Made by a program: the position numbers and the translations under genes. 64,000 nucleotides of DNA from Eledone cirrhosa (taxonomy: Eukaryota): positions 142,414,001 through 142,478,000 of the forward strand of contig OZ024741.1 in the NCBI GenBank assembly GCA_964016885.1, written 5' to 3'. The notes beneath the pieces are model-generated. The model searched no databases. It was given only the letters and a program-made list of their open reading frames with translations, and was not told where the DNA came from. This document shows positions 26,930 through 41,689 of the stretch, piece by piece (positions within the stretch are counted from its first letter, which is position 1; each line of letters starts with the position of its first letter).

Positions 26930-29480
26930 AAAGTATCTTCTTCGCTGGGAGGGTCGTGAGGGCAGAGTATTCAAGCACACCTTACAGCGGGCCTTGTCAG
27001 AAGCAACCGTCTCCATCTGATCCGGTTGAATCCCACCATCCTGCTCTGGGTCTTCTGTCAGTTGGTTTTTGCCCGTAAAATCTGTCCCGCAATTATTTCC
27101 TTAGACATTCTGACCACATATCTATAGTATCGGAGCTGTAAACTCTGAATTCGAAGAAGTAGCGGCTCTATCTGGAGCGATTCTATGATCTCTGAGCTAT
27201 GCACTAGAGCGAGTAACGTTATTCCAAAGACCCTTTAGAAGCCCCCATTTCGGCTGCTTGAATTCGCGATCGATTCTCTCGGTCATTACTCAAGATTCCT
27301 GACCATAGGTAAGAGTTAGTATCAATACCGAATTGAAGATAGCGCGTTTGACTTTTACACTTATCTCCCTTCTTCTAACGACCGAACACTAAATTTGATA
27401 CACTGTCACACTAGCTCCTGCAATTCTTGCGCTTAATTCAACCTCCTGCATTCCATCATTCGTGAAAACGGCTCCGATGTACTTGAATTTCTCCACATGC
27501 CTCAATGGAATTCCACTCACATGTAGATTGTACAGAACAGGCTCCTTTGTAAGGACGAGTCTCTCAGTCAACGCAGCACTGATTTGCATTCCTGTCGTGC
27601 AGCACTCGGCAACAAGCCTATCAAGTGCACGTCGGGATCACCTTCTGACAAGTTAACTATCATGTCCTTCTGCAAATTCCATCCGACTGGCCCTACATTC
27701 GCCAATTCTGGTACAACTTCCAAACCGGCTGCGCATGTCTATCCTGTTCATGAAGATTATGAAAAGGTGATAGTACGCACCCTTGGCGGAGTCCGACACC
27801 CACATTGAATTATTTTGACTTAGTACAAATATTAGGGCATTCGTATAGAGACATCAGGGCAACAAGAAGCTGTCGATCGATCCCATATTCCTGTAGAACC
27901 TTCCACAACAGATCCCATGGAATGCGATCGTTTGTCTTTTCGTGGTCTACGAAAGAAGAATATACCTCATGGCAATGCTCTCACGATTTCTCGAAGAACT
28001 GTTGCATGTGAATATTTGGACAGATGTGCTGTGTCCGGGGCGAAAACCACACTTCTCCTCAGCCTGCTTGGACTCCACAATATCCTTATATCTCTTTGCC
28101 AAACACGTATCATAGACTTTACCGGGTAGGCTTAACAAGGACATCTCTTTTACATAACAATCTCTCTTGTCACTTTTTTTGAAAATTGGGACTATCACTC
28201 CCGATTGCCATTGCTTAGGTGCTTTTCTAGAGATCCAGGCCATCCAGCGTAAACGAATCCGCCAGAGAATACCTTCTCTGTATAAAGCCTTTAACATCTC
28301 GGACCAAATTTCATCATCCCCAGAGCTCTTGCCACTTTTGAGCTCGTTAATTGCCTTGGTGACCTCAGCCTCCGAGAGGTTAATCATCGCTCCTATATGT
28401 ACCTTATATCAGGAAAGTATTCTTTTCACCTCGCGAGGATGCACCTCCCTGAAGAGAGAAGAACCCCAGATACGTACCTGATAGCAGGCGTAGAGAGAAA
28501 CTTCTTATTACGAAGTCGGTAGATAGTCTGTCAGAATACTTTATTTGCTGGTGTAAAGTTGGATTCCAGCTTAACCCTAAAGTCCTCCCGTGTCTATACT
28601 TTGGATGCCTTTACTGTCTCTGCTTCGACTTTTTGCGCCTGCTTGTACCGCAAGAGCAAGAAATAGGACCTATTTCCAAGCTATTTACAAAGCATCTTTA
28701 CCTTTTTATTGAATTGGATTTTCTTGGCCTCAGGTTGCAGATAACAGTCTCACCCTTAGCACAAACATCCAACACAGAGTCGAAAAAATCAAAGACAATA
28801 AAAAAATCAATTACTGATCTGTTTCCCTGATTTCCCTTATACCATGTGTATTTATGAATGTCTTTGTGCTGGAAGAGGGTGTTCATAATAGAAAGCCCAT
28901 AATTAGAATAGAAGTCTAATAAGGCCTCTCCATTCATATTTAGATCGGGATCGCCGTTCTTTCCAAACACTTCTTTCCATGTCACTCAGTGCCGACATGT
29001 ATATTGAAGTCTTCCATTAGGATACATAACTCAGTCTTAAATACATCTATTGCTGCAGCGACTTCGTCAAGGAAAGATCTCTATTCCGAATCTCTGTTAG
29101 GTGCATAAACTTGCACCAACTAGAGGGACCTTTCTTTCAGCCGAAGCTTCAAGGGGTAAATCCTCCCTCCCAATCTGATTCAGTCCATATCACATTCCCA
29201 CAACCTAGGACTTGTGAGTATTCCCGTCTGTGTAGTCATTTCTCGCACTACACCTGAATAGCTGGGTTTCCATCCTCCATCCAAATCTAAAGAACCAAAG
29301 CCACGGAAATTTGGTGAGGAAACCCCGACTATATCTAGCCAGTGGCTCTTGGCCTTAAGGTTTGTAACGTTCCAGTTGCCAATTGTTAATATTTGCTCCC
29401 TTATGGACTCTCTTTGGAATATGCAATCTTTGTGCTTTCATCCCACGCCTCTTAGGACAGGTCGCAGGCCCATAGTCAGT
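26930..29480 (-). mobile_element. Near full-length decayed RTE-clade LINE (APE endonuclease plus RT)
   Basis: WNVTNL endonuclease start, NTLFQHKDIHKYTWY, IVPIFKKSD, EKCGFRPGHST, VEKFKYIG; frameshifted. Confidence 0.88.
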
Positions 29481-30154
29481 TCTTACAGCACTATAAGAAG
29501 ACTGAAATATATATTTTCGAGCAGGCCTCTCTACCTAAAGCTTGAACACGCCTCTTTATTATCCCGTGCAAAGGACGATGCGGTATGAATTATTTTATTA
29601 CATCTAACCATATTACAGTTTTTTGGTTATCTTATTCGCGCCAATCACTAATTTGGTATTTTTCTCAGACCAGCAAAGTCTAGGCTTCTTTTTTTAAAAA
29701 GAGGCTAGAAAGCAAAATAAGGTTCTTTTCGCCTTGTGTGACTCTTGAAAACCCCACTCTCTGTTTATATCTATTATTTTTCCACTCATTCTACTGCTCA
29801 CTATCCTCCTGTCCCCCTCTCTCTATTCTATTTTCTCTTTCTGTAATCTATAATTCGACACTTTCATTTCCTTTCTCTGCGTTTTCTCACAATTACTCTT
29901 TACACAATCTTGGCTTACTAATTCTTACGAAACCCATCCAAGATTATCTGATCAAACGAGATAACCTGGCCAGGATAACCGACATTGCACCTGAAAGAAT
30001 CATACCCCGTACTCTTTCTGTTAAAAAAATACTTTGTCCTCCCAAACCTCATTTTCCCCACTGCACAGTGTACCCTAGTGTTCTCAGACGAAGCATCTCG
30101 GCGAATTCGACACGAACATTCATTCCTATACTGAATTCATCTACATCTGAAGAC

Positions 30155-31320
30155 TTATGCCAAAACTCTCTGCAATGGGTGTGAAGGATAATATTTTTAA
30201 CTAGTCGAAGTCCTTCATTCTCACTCGTAGTCACGGTTCTAGGACAGCATTCTTCACCGTATGAGATGTCATCTGGTGGCCCCCTTTTGTTTGTGGCATA
30301 TATTAATGACATAGATGCCAACTTAAAGAATGCCACAGTACTGAAATATGCAGAGGACATCAAGCTGTCCCTTGAGATAAAAAGGACAGATCCTGAACAC
30401 TATAGATCTTTCCTGCAATCAGACCTGGACAAAATGTAACAATGGATCACGGACTGGCAACTCAAGTTGGCTGTGGACAAGTGTACCACCATGCATTTTG
30501 GGAGTAAAAACCCAGCGTCCACATACTCCCCCACAACACTAATATCAAGAAGTCTTCTTGTGAATGTGACCTGGGTATTACTGTCAACAGCGATTTGCGT
30601 TGGACGAAGCACGTCTCTAAAATTGTCAAGAAGGCCGAGGGTGTCTTAGCATCACTCAGCAAGACCTTTGTCAGCCGCTCTCCAGCTATCTATTTAAAGC
30701 TGTACATGGCTATGGTGCAGCCACACTTAGAATTTTCATCACCAGTCTGGAACCACTATCTTGCTCAGAACATTGACCGCCTGGAAACTGTTCAGAGACG
30801 TGCAACCAAGCGAATCAGGCATCTACCATACTCTGAACGCCTTGCTTCTCTGGGCATGGATACATTGAAGCTTCGACGCCTGGCAACTGACTTGGTAAAC
30901 ACCCACAAAATCATTAACCATCTTGCCAACAACAACCCTGAGCACCTTTTTGATTTCCATGTGTCTAACACACGTGGGCATGCCTGCAATGTCATAAAAC
31001 AGCACAGCTCCCATGACTTTCGGAAACATTTTTTGACGCTCAGAGTTGCTGAAACATGGAACAAACTACCTGCATCAGATGTTAGCTGTCGAGACACTGC
31101 ATCCTTTAAAACCTTCATGCTTCCTGAGATTCGCCAACACTACACCTGATGTCCCCCCCCCCCTCCATACACACGCACACACGTATTTCATGACTCGTAC
31201 ACTGTTCATTTTCCAGACATTTGTACATTATTCTATGTACTATACATGCACCTTCGATGAGTTGTAGTGCACCTGAGCACTGTACACAATAATTTCATTA
31301 TTATTATTATTATTATTATT
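30155..31320 (+). mobile_element. 5'-truncated CR1-clade LINE with (ATT)n tail
   Basis: LFVAYIND..KYAEDIKL, PHLEFSSPVWN, LETVQRRATK, FLTLRVAETWNKLP; tail at 31298-31320. Confidence 0.9.
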
Positions 31321-31686
31321 TTATCTGTTTTGATAACAAGCGAAACACCCCGCGAGCTTCAGTGGCATCAGCTTCCGACTAGGGAATGTTGGCTCATCTT
31401 TCTTCCAACGTCTCCAGTTGTGTTTTTACCCACGGGCTTCTCCGACATACACCCGAAGATGTAGACCGAGAACTCGAATTGGTGCTTAGTCTAGATTAAC
31501 GATGACCTCACTGACCACAGCTTACCAACATAACTGTAACCCCCCTACACACACATGCATTATTTTGTTTTTATCATTTATTTCAATAGTATAACAATTC
31601 ATGAATATTATTCAAATTTTCAAAATACATTAATATCATGAAAAAAAAAAAAGCAGAAAGAAAAAAAAGGGAGAAAACTTTATACC

Positions 31687-31905
31687 AGCAGTCTCAAACT
31701 CAAGGACTCGAAAGGGGGAGAGGCATGGCGGGCCAAAAGAGGGATAAGGTAGGGGAGGGCGTGACTCCCATCAGTTATAATGCTTATCTGCAATACAACT
31801 GACAGGCTACAATTTACTTTTTCATCAAAATGAATACGTCGCGAAAAGTGTTCTGTCGCGGGCTATAGAAAAGTAGTTTATGAGCCGCAGTAGTTTATAC
31901 CCCTG
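31687..31905. mobile_element. hAT/Charlie-like MITE
   Basis: Termini CAGCAGTCTCAAACT ... AGTTTATACCCCTG; a related end CAGGAGTCTCAAAC lies at about 26672. Confidence 0.5.
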
Positions 31906-33139
31906 GCTGGACGATGTGTCTCAGCTATGCCCTGCAGATAAGATGGTAAAAGCGTTGACGCTGAGAACATCCAGCAATATCCGTTGCATCAATCTACCCC
32001 AATGGTGCTTCTTCCTCAGGCGTGATGCCCTCGACCCGATGCGTATATAATGTTGAACAATTAAAAAAATAAGGCAAGCCGTAGTAGTTAATTAATCCAT
32101 TATTTTACGATCGGTTCTGAAGACAGAAAAAATTTATCGATGGGCAGATGCAGCTCCATAATTATTAGCCTCGAAAAAGCACATTCATTCTGCCGTTTAT
32201 TTTCTGTAAATAAAAATAAATAAAAGGAAGCTTTCTCTTTTCTTGCTCTGTTTTCCTCTATTTACCTTTCCTCACATTACTCTCTGGCGATTTCCCTTGT
32301 CTCTCCACCACCATCACCACTTCTTATAATTCTGTAAGCAAAATAGAAAGTTTATTCTTTACTCCCAGTTCATTCATGCTACTATTCTCTCAGTCTCACT
32401 CTCTCTCATCCTCCTATAGTCCTGTCAGCAACAGGAAGCTTCTCCTCTCTTTCTTTTATCCGCATTTCTCTCTATTCGCCTTTACACAATCTACTTATCT
32501 CTCTCCCCCACTCATCCTCCTACAATCAGATGCTCAATTCAACAAGTTATTGTTATTTCGAAGCAATTCCGAAATATTTAATTAACGTCAGCTGAGACCA
32601 CCACAGCAGCAGTATCAACAATAACAAACATACAGTAAGAGATTAAGTAACACAAAAACTCTTCTTTCTATATATTTGTGCATCGCTTTGTCTTTAAGAA
32701 TCCATGTACATATCTATATATTTTATAAAATATCTCTAGGAGGCGAAAGCTGCTTCGAACTTTATACGAACCAGTCATTTTAATGAATTCGTGTTAATTA
32801 ATGATTTCTTTTGTTTGTTTCTTTTTTTTTGGGGGGGGGGGGGTCGCAGATTATACTTATTATTTATAGACGGAGACAAATGAAAAATCTGCGATAATTT
32901 TGTTTTTCCTTTGTCAAGGACATGAATATTATTGAACTGTCTCCGACTGGAGATCGAAACCAAATCGCAGAAATGGCCATACCATTTTCTCTCTTCGTTA
33001 AAAAAAAAAAAATTTTGTTTTAACTATATCACGTTATTGAAAATTATGTTTTTGAATCTCTTACGCCACATGCTTAGCAGTAACATCAATTTTATTTCCA
33101 ACACCGGAGTTTCCTGTTAGACTTCAGTTTTGATAATTG

Positions 33140-34900
33140 TCATAACCATTACCTCTGCCTCAGGATTTCAACAGGGTTGAGTTGGACCTCAACGTCTGGT
33201 ATCTCGAGGACGCTTGTTTGGGGGTACCTCCGGATAAGGTTCTCGCCACTGCCAACAAAATGGTTGAGGAGCTTGGGTTTCGGGGTCTCCAGGTCAATAG
33301 CTCCAAATGTGAGCTCTGGATCCTCAACCACCCAGCTTCTCAACATCAACAGACAATTGACCTGTTAATAGAGTCCTTCCCTTCCATTGCTGTCCCTCCC
33401 CTGTTGGTTTGGTACTCCTTAGGAGCCCCAATTACAAGCCTTGCCTTTGAGTCAATCTTCCTATCGAAGATGGTTGGCCTTGAGCAGTTGCTGAATAATA
33501 TTGAAGCAATTGAACCCCATCAAGGTTTTTTTCATACTCAGAAACTACATTTCAATTCCTAACTTCTATATATGCTCAGGGTCAGCCCTTTTCACAGATT
33601 TCCGTCCTGCCTCCAACGCTTAGACAACCTAATCTTCGAAAGACTCAAGTGCTTGGTGAATGTCAGACTCTCTCCAGATTCCCGCGATCAGGCTGCATTG
33701 CTCAAGTGATTTGGGGCTCTTGGTCTTCATAAATGTTTGTCCTTCTCTTTCCCTTGCTTCCTTTCCTCCACCCATGCTTGTTCCACCCTGGTGAGCAACA
33801 TCCCCTCCTCACTAACATGGACTAGTTCCAACAGGGAGATGGATGAAGCTCTTCTACGATGGAGTGAGTTGGGCTTGTCTGTTCCTGACAAGGTGGAGGA
33901 CAGTCGAAGTCAGAGAGCTTGGGACAGCTTAAGTTTGAAGGCCACCTTCGACTCCCTCTTTGACCAGTCGGATCGGTTTTCAAGGTGCCGCTTACTATCT
34001 GCCAGCGCCAAATACTCAGGTGACTGGGTTGCCCTACTCGTGGCTAACATTGGTGGCCTACTCAGCTTGGACGAACTTTGTGTCTCCATTGCATTCAGAG
34101 TGGCAGCTAATGTCTGTCTGGGTTTGAGGTGTCGATGTGGCAAACTCCTCGACTCCACAGTCTTTCTTGCCGTCTAAATGCTGGTTGCTTCGCGCATCAC
34201 ACAGAGCTAAACCTTATTCTCAAGAGATCTTTGGCCCAGGCAGACATCCCGTCAATCTTGGAACCATCTGGGTTGTCCAGAAGTAATGGGAAAAGACCTG
34301 ACGGCCTTATCCTGTGCCCCTGGGGCGTCACAGTTAGTGATTCTTTTGCTTCTTCCCACATTCTGGATGCTGCGGTTGGGATGAGAGCCACAGCTTCCAC
34401 AGCCAAACAGAACAAAATCCTAAAATACTGTGAGCTGTCGGCCAACTACATTTTCTAGCTTTTGGCGTTCGAGACATTTGGGGGAGTCGGGCTACTGACT
34501 GCAAGATTCCTATCTTCACTGGCGGCTCGCCTAACAGAGGTAACTGGTGAAGCTCATGAGGGCGCTTGGTTGTCCAGTGCATCAGCCTCACCATCACTCG
34601 AGGTAACACTGTGACCGTGTTTGGTTTGCCTAAAAAATCATTAGAGAAGTTTCCTAGTGCTCCTTGCGATACTGTTATCTTTTACTCTGATAGCGACTAC
34701 TTACGCCTGCCTTATGTTCTATGTAGTCACAGATGTGTGTGCTAACCAATTCTGTTCTTTTTTCTTTTTTTTTTTCTTTTCTCTTCCTATCTTTTTTTTC
34801 TCTTTTCCCTTTCCCTTTCCTTTATATTATATTTGTTTGTGCTTTCGTTCTGTAAGCATTGTATTATATTTCTTTTTATACAACATTGAATGGAAGTATT
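33140..34900 (+). mobile_element. CRE-clade non-LTR retrotransposon, 3' half (RT end, zinc knuckle, REL endonuclease), dead
   Basis: VWYLED (degenerate YLDD), CRCG..LD...H, HTELNLILKRSL..EPSGLSRSNGKRPDGLILCPW, FETFG; frameshifts. Confidence 0.85.
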
Positions 34901-37640
34901 GATATTAATTACTGAAATCTACCATCATTGTCTTCAACAACACATGTATTAATAATTCTTAGAGAATAAAAATATCTTTGAAAACGTGATGAAGAGTCTG
35001 CAAGAGTGGTCAATCGTCGCGTCCGACCAGTAAATGAATTATTTTCAATGTATATATATATATCTTCATTATTTCTAATTCAACTCTACCTTTCTTCTTT
35101 CGAGGTTTTGATAAATAAAATACCATTAGGTAGAACCACCAATACCATTCAGATAGAACCACGCCAAACAACTTCCTTTTAGGGCTTCATGGAGTAGTAA
35201 TCAAATTTAAGCTATAGTGGAAGACATTTTCTCAAGGTGCTATGCAGCAGGATTGAACCCAGAATCACATAGTTATGATGCAAACACCTTAACTACTCAG
35301 CCATGCTCATGTAATTATACATTTTAAACTCACCCCCACCACAGCTGGGAGGATGAAAGTATTATAGCAAAAAAAAAAGTAAATAAAATAAAAATAAAAA
35401 AGTACTTTAACTAAATTGTGGGATAAATAAATATTGATGCATATACATTTTTTTATTATACTTTGGGATGGTCATACTGAACCAGTTAAGTTTTACTTCA
35501 GCTTATTAGTTGAGTAACTAATCCATTCATCAGTTAGTTTAATAAATAGGTGGTTGTTTAATTGTTAATTGTCAAAGCTCTTTTGTCACACATCCTGTGA
35601 CTCTCTCAATGACTTCTTGCTCCTCTGTGTCTCCTCTTTATTCTGATCTTGTTCTATTTACTCCATCTTGTCTTTTGGAGGTGTGTATTTGTCTCCCCCC
35701 CCCCCTCACACACACACACACAAAAAAATTTGAAAATACATTGGTTGTGTCTTTCATCAGTTGATGAAAGGGTTAAATTGAATCAAATTAAGAATCTTTC
35801 AAAAGTATCACAGATCTTAACTGTACCACAGATAGTACTTTCCCTTGCATTACATTGACTTTAGCCTTTTTCTTTTTTTTAGGCATTTGTTTCCGATGGA
35901 AATAACTTGATTTTCTCACTCTTTCGGCAACCAACAGCTATTGGAAGAATTACATAAAACTTAACTTGGTCCCAGTGAATATCAGCTTAACAAAATAAAA
36001 AATGAACAAAGAAAAGAATTTGCTTTTGGTGATTCAAAAATTGAAATTTGGAAATTGAGTTATTGGAATATTCAAGTAAAAAATAACCAAGAAGGAGAAA
36101 TTTATTGGCAGTTTATGTTATAAGAACAGAATTTTGAAATGAGTAAGAATGAGAAATTTATTGGAATTTAAATTGTAATAACAAAGTGTAAAATTTTAAC
36201 CAATTGAAATCAAGGATTTTCATGTAAATTGAACAAAAATTATTAGCTCTTAACCACTTACTTCAGTTTAGAAAATCAATATATCTACTTATCATTGCTT
36301 TTCCTTATTTTTATTTCTCCTCAATATTTCACAGTGACATATAATAGGCACTAGTACAGGATAAATATAAAGATAAGGAAAATAGATATTATTTTATGAA
36401 ATAATTACTACATATAATTACTATAAAGGACTATACTATATTTGTAACTGAAACAGTTAAATTATTTCATCAATCAGTGATAAATGAAAACCATGACTTT
36501 GGCTATAGGATTGACTATGTTTTATGTGTCCATTTGTGGCTGATAGGACCAATTCTGGCACTGAAGTAATGGCCACATAGTCTGTGGCTTTATTTCAGGT
36601 GCCAGTTGACTGGGCTTTGTGGAGCTCACTATCTCAATGCATATCTTTTGTAAGGATTTTGCACCTCTGTTGATGAGGAGAGCCTGTTCTCATCATCATC
36701 ATCCTTTTTACATCCGTTTTTCTATGCTTGCATAAGTTGGGCAAAGTCTTTACTAGAACAGCTTACCTTTACATGTCATGTTTTTTGTCATCTCTGACGT
36801 TCAGCATTTTGAGATCTGCTCTCACCACCTCTGTCCAGATTTCTCTTAGCTTTCCTCTACTGCAGCTCCTAACACGTCTTTACCCAGCAATGTGAAGTAT
36901 ATTTATAGCAATTCTACAAATGTATACTTGAATTTGAATTTCAATATTTGGATTTGCATTTAATATTTTTGACTTTCATTTTAAGATTTTTCCATCAAAA
37001 TACTCACTCCATAAAAATTCCTTCATTTTTTTCCACAATTTTTAAAATCTTGATTATCATAAATAATTATGTTACAGTATATTTTTGGTGGAATTCAAAA
37101 AAATTCTTTCATTTAACTTATTGCATCTTTTGTTTTTAAATATATCTTCAAAGTAGGTTAATATAATTTTCTCTAAATTTACAAAATTAAAATGAAAGAA
37201 AGGAAGGAACATCAAATTACACTAAATCTTTCTAGATATATTTCGACTGATTTATTGTCTTCTAAATTGGTATTTTTGATAAAATAGTTTTATATTTGAG
37301 TAAAATATCTTGAAACTAGGTGAGGGATATTGTATCGAAAACAATGTGTTATTATAAGTGGTAGAAGAATATATATATATATATATATATCATTATCTTC
37401 ATCATTTTGTGCCTGATTTTTCTTGATGACATGGATTGGACAGATCATACAGACCCAAGTCAGTACTTAATTATTTTACTCAATACATTCTAATTTTGGC
37501 ATGGTTTCTATGACTGGATGCCGTTCCTTATGCCAACTATATTACAAATTGTACTGGGTGCATTTATCATGACACCAGCACTAGGTAGATTGTAATGACC
37601 TGGATGTGACTGAAGAGTGCTCTTTACCCTTTTTTGGTAT

Positions 37641-37686
<46 letters not shown>

Positions 37687-38166
37687 CAGAGGGTAAGTAA
37701 AATGTACTATTAGGATAATATACCATACAGATTCAGTAAAATATTGTAAAGAAATTTGGATTTTTATTTGGTTTTGAGAATTTCTTTACCCATATTTTAC
37801 CATTATTTCAACAAGAATCATTTGGTTAATTACTGCAACTAATTGTTTTACATTTTAACTGTTCTGCTTGGCTGTGATAAATCTTTACTACAGTGTGAAA
37901 ATTGTGTAGGATTAAAACTAAGTCAGTTTATCTCTTGTTTAACTTGCAAAAAGGACAGATATATCATTGTGAGAAATTATTTTAAAAATATATATTAAAT
38001 TCAAGATATCAATTACAAAATATTTTTTGAGAACTAAAATAATAAAATGGATTCAGAGGTAAAAATATGTGAGTCTGGAGATTTCTGGAAGATTTAGGTT
38101 TTGCAAGTCAATACAAAAGATGGAGTGAATATCTGATGCAATTTAATGTGACTTTAAAATTCTAAA

Positions 38167-39683
38167 ATGGATGAAAATTCTTCCTTGTTTGTGTTCTGTT
38201 TGGAAATGAAACCTAAAGAAGATTCAGATGAGGAAAGGAAACCATCTGTGGTATATAGTTATCCTAAAGAAGGTAATTCTCTTCTTGATATAGAAGCCAT
38301 GCTGGTTGTCCTCTATAATGTTATGGAAGATCTAACTGCAAAACCTGCAAACACTTCTGTATTATCTTGTGAGGAAGGAAAACATTTATGGGTGAAATAT
38401 CATAAAGAAGGTCATAGAATTGTGATATTTATTGTTAAATCTCAAGTGGTTTGTGACAAAATTATTACAAGTCTGTTTCAAAGTATCATGCATCTTGTGT
38501 TTGTTTTGTATGATTCCATTGAAAATGCGTTTCTTCGAAAGAAATTCCATGAAAAATTGGATGGAATTTTTTCATCTGCTGAAGAAAAATTGAAAAATTT
38601 GTTTAAATCATCTTCAGAGACAATTTTAAACCTTGACTTTGAGTATATTTCAATATATACCTTACCTTCATATTACCAAGAGAGTATAGATAAAATTCTT
38701 TCTGGTTTAGAATCAAAACACCCAGAACATGAAAAATTTAGAACTGAAGAGAACTGCCAGCACAGAAGGCAGTTCTTTTTAGTTGGTTCTTGTGTATTTT
38801 TCAATGAATTTTTGCTCTGCAACCATTTATCTCCAAGACATCTGGAAGATGTCTATGTATACTTGAAATTTCACAGACTTTTCATGCAACAAACAAGCCA
38901 GCAGATAATTCTATGGAGAGAAATTCACTTGACAAAAGATAAAACACAGAAAGATGATGGCTTGGGATACACAGAAAGACCTTCTCAATGCTATCTTTTG
39001 GTTGTTTACCAGAGACCTTATTTTCTAGCCACTTTGTTGCAGTCTCCAAAATCTCTATCTGGTAAAAACATCAATGATTACTCTTCAACGTTACCACCAT
39101 CACCACCACCATTGTATATTGAAAGATTAAAAGCAACTCTTTCACAAATACACTCAACTATTCTCTGTTTTGGTGAAAGTTGCAGGGACAATAAAGAATG
39201 TGGCAAAGTAAAAGATCTATCTTTTGCAGGTCAAATCACAACATTTTTCAAATCATCAATCAGCAAAACGAAAAAATCATGTAATTTGGAACAGAATTCT
39301 ACTGAATACTTTGGATATGCAGACATTTCAAATGTAACTTTATCTCCTACCAGCATAGATACTTCCAAAGAAAATTCAAGAACACCTCTCCATTCAAATC
39401 CAAAATATTCATCTAAACTCCCAAGTAACTCAAATTCTTGCCTAGACAAATTGCAGGCTCAAGGATTTCAACAGCAAATGACGCCTGAAAGTCATGAACA
39501 TTTGGACACAAAATTGAACAGCTTAAACTTTGTTAATTTTACCTCATTGCATTCTTACTATCCATGTTGTTATGGTGTGGTTGCAGTTCTTTACTTGCAG
39601 GCAGGTGAAGGTCAGCTATCAAAGGGAGTACATATTAATGGATGTTGCAATGTTCATCCAGATATCAAGGCTAAGATCAGCAG
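38167..39683 (+). CDS. INTU: Inturned (CPLANE subunit), coding exon 1: longin domains 1-2 and start of 3
   Basis: RRQFFLVGSCVFFNEFLLCNHLSPRHLEDVYVY..IILWREI resembles human INTU [40 protein letters not shown] as recalled; phase-2 donor AG|GTGAAA. Confidence 0.85.
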
Positions 39684-39739
39684 GTGAAATCTTCATCACA
39701 ATTATGATCATTTGTTTTATAATTATTGTTATTATTAAG

Positions 39740-41330
39740 ACAATGAACGGTGGATTGGCAGTATTGGTAGAGGGTTGGATGCCAAGCTTTTCAGTATAGA
39801 GTTACGACCCTTTACGGTCTGAGTTCAAATCCCGCCGAGGTTAACTTTGCCTTTCATCCTTATAGGGTCGATAAAATAAAGTACCAGTAATGCACTGGGA
39901 TAATTGCTGGCCTTGTGCCAAAAGTAGAAACAATTATTAAGACAATGGAAGGCAGTATTGATAGAGTGTCAGGCACGTGCTTAGTAGTATTTGTTCTGGC
40001 ACTTTTCATTCTGAGTTCAAATCCCACCAAGATCTACTTTGCTTTTCATTCTTCCTGGGTTGATAAAGTAGCAGTCAAGTTCTGTGGTTGATTTAATCAA
40101 CTTTACCCTTCTCCCAAAATTGCTGGCTTTGTGCTTAAATTAGAAATCATTATTAAGTTAGTGTTTGGAACATAACTTAACAAAGGTTCTTTCATAAAAT
40201 TAGAAGTATATAAAGTATCAGTCATGTACTAGCGTCAATATAATTGACTTTACCTTCCCACCAAAATGTTGGCATTGTGCCTAAATTAAAAGCTATTATT
40301 AAGACAGTAGGTGGTGGTGGATTTCCAGAATCATTGAAGTGTCGGATAAAATGCCTTGTGGTATTTGTTCCAGGACTTTTCATTCTGATTTCTGATCCTG
40401 CCAAGTTCAATAAAATAAAAGTACCAGTCAAGTACTGTGGTTAATATAATTGACTTTCCCCTGACCCCAAATTGCTGGTCTTATGCCTAAATCAGAAACC
40501 ATTATTAAGAGAGTGAGTTAATTTAATCAGTAGAATATCTGACTAAATGTCTTGTGATATTTAGTTACATACCAATGCATTCTGAATTCAAATCCTACTG
40601 TGGTTAACTTTGCCTTCTATCCTACCAAGGTCAATGAAATAAAGTACCAGCCATACACTGCGGTGAATATGATCAACTGTTTCCCCTCTTCACAAATTAT
40701 TGCCTATGTTAGAAAAAATATTATTAGTATTATTATGGCAGAATCGTTAGAGCATTGGACAAATGCTTTGCAGTATTTATTCCAGCTTGTTACATTCTGA
40801 GTTCAAGTTCCACTGAGTTAACTTTACCTCTCATCCATTCAGAGTTGATAAAATAAAGTACCAGTCAAGTACTGGAGTCAATTTGGTTGACCTTCCCCCT
40901 CCTCTCAAATTACTGACCTTGTGTCTAAATTAGAAACCATTATTAGGGCAGTGTAAGGTGAAGGATTGGCAGATGAAATGTATTGTCAGATGAAATGTAT
41001 TGTAATATTTTATTCTCTTTATGTTCTGAGCACAAATCTCACTAAGGTCAACTTTACCTTTCATCCTTCCATGGTCATTAAAATAAAGTACCAATCAAGT
41101 ACTGGGGTCAATATAATCAACCTTCCCTTCCCACCAAATTTCTGGTCGTGTGCCAATGTTAGAAACCCTTATTAGGGCAGTGTGGGTCTGAGGCATAAGT
41201 GGTAGACCATTGGACTAAATACATTACAGATTTTCTTAACATTTACTTTTCTGTGTTCAAACCTAGCTGATCATTCAGCCCACCTCTAGGGAACTATAAA
41301 ATAAAAAAAAAGGCATCAGGCTTGTTCTGG
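39740..41330 (+). mobile_element. Head-to-tail array of about 7-8 SINE copies in the INTU intron
   Basis: Recurrent TTCTGAGTTCAAATCC..ACTTTGCCTTTCATCC..GATAAAATAAAGTACCAGT..CCTAAATTAGAAACCATTATTA; one partial copy at about 40220-40280 is inverted. Confidence 0.85.
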
Positions 41331-41689
41331 GGCTGATTCAGTCAACCAAACTGTCTACTTTAAAGTTGTCTTAAGAAGCATTGGAAAAATTTGAAATGTG
41401 TGCATCCCTAGTGGTTAGGGTGTTGGACTTATGATCATAATATCATTATGATCATAATATCCTGGACTGGATTGTGTGTTGTGTTTTTGAGCAAAACATT
41501 TCATTTCATGTTACTCCAGTATACTTAGCTGAAAATGAGTACAAGCAGTAGCTGGGTGTTTAACCCTGCAATAGACAGGCACCCTGTCCAAAAGAGTCTT
41601 GTACTCTCAGTCTCTTAATGCCAAGGAAACTGGGATAAATACCAGACTAATGAGCCTCTGGGCTTGAGATAGACTTTAGACATTTAGAC

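Noticed and set aside
35883-36120. Possible upstream INTU coding exon after a strong acceptor
   Set aside because: All frames stop quickly; at best a UTR exon.
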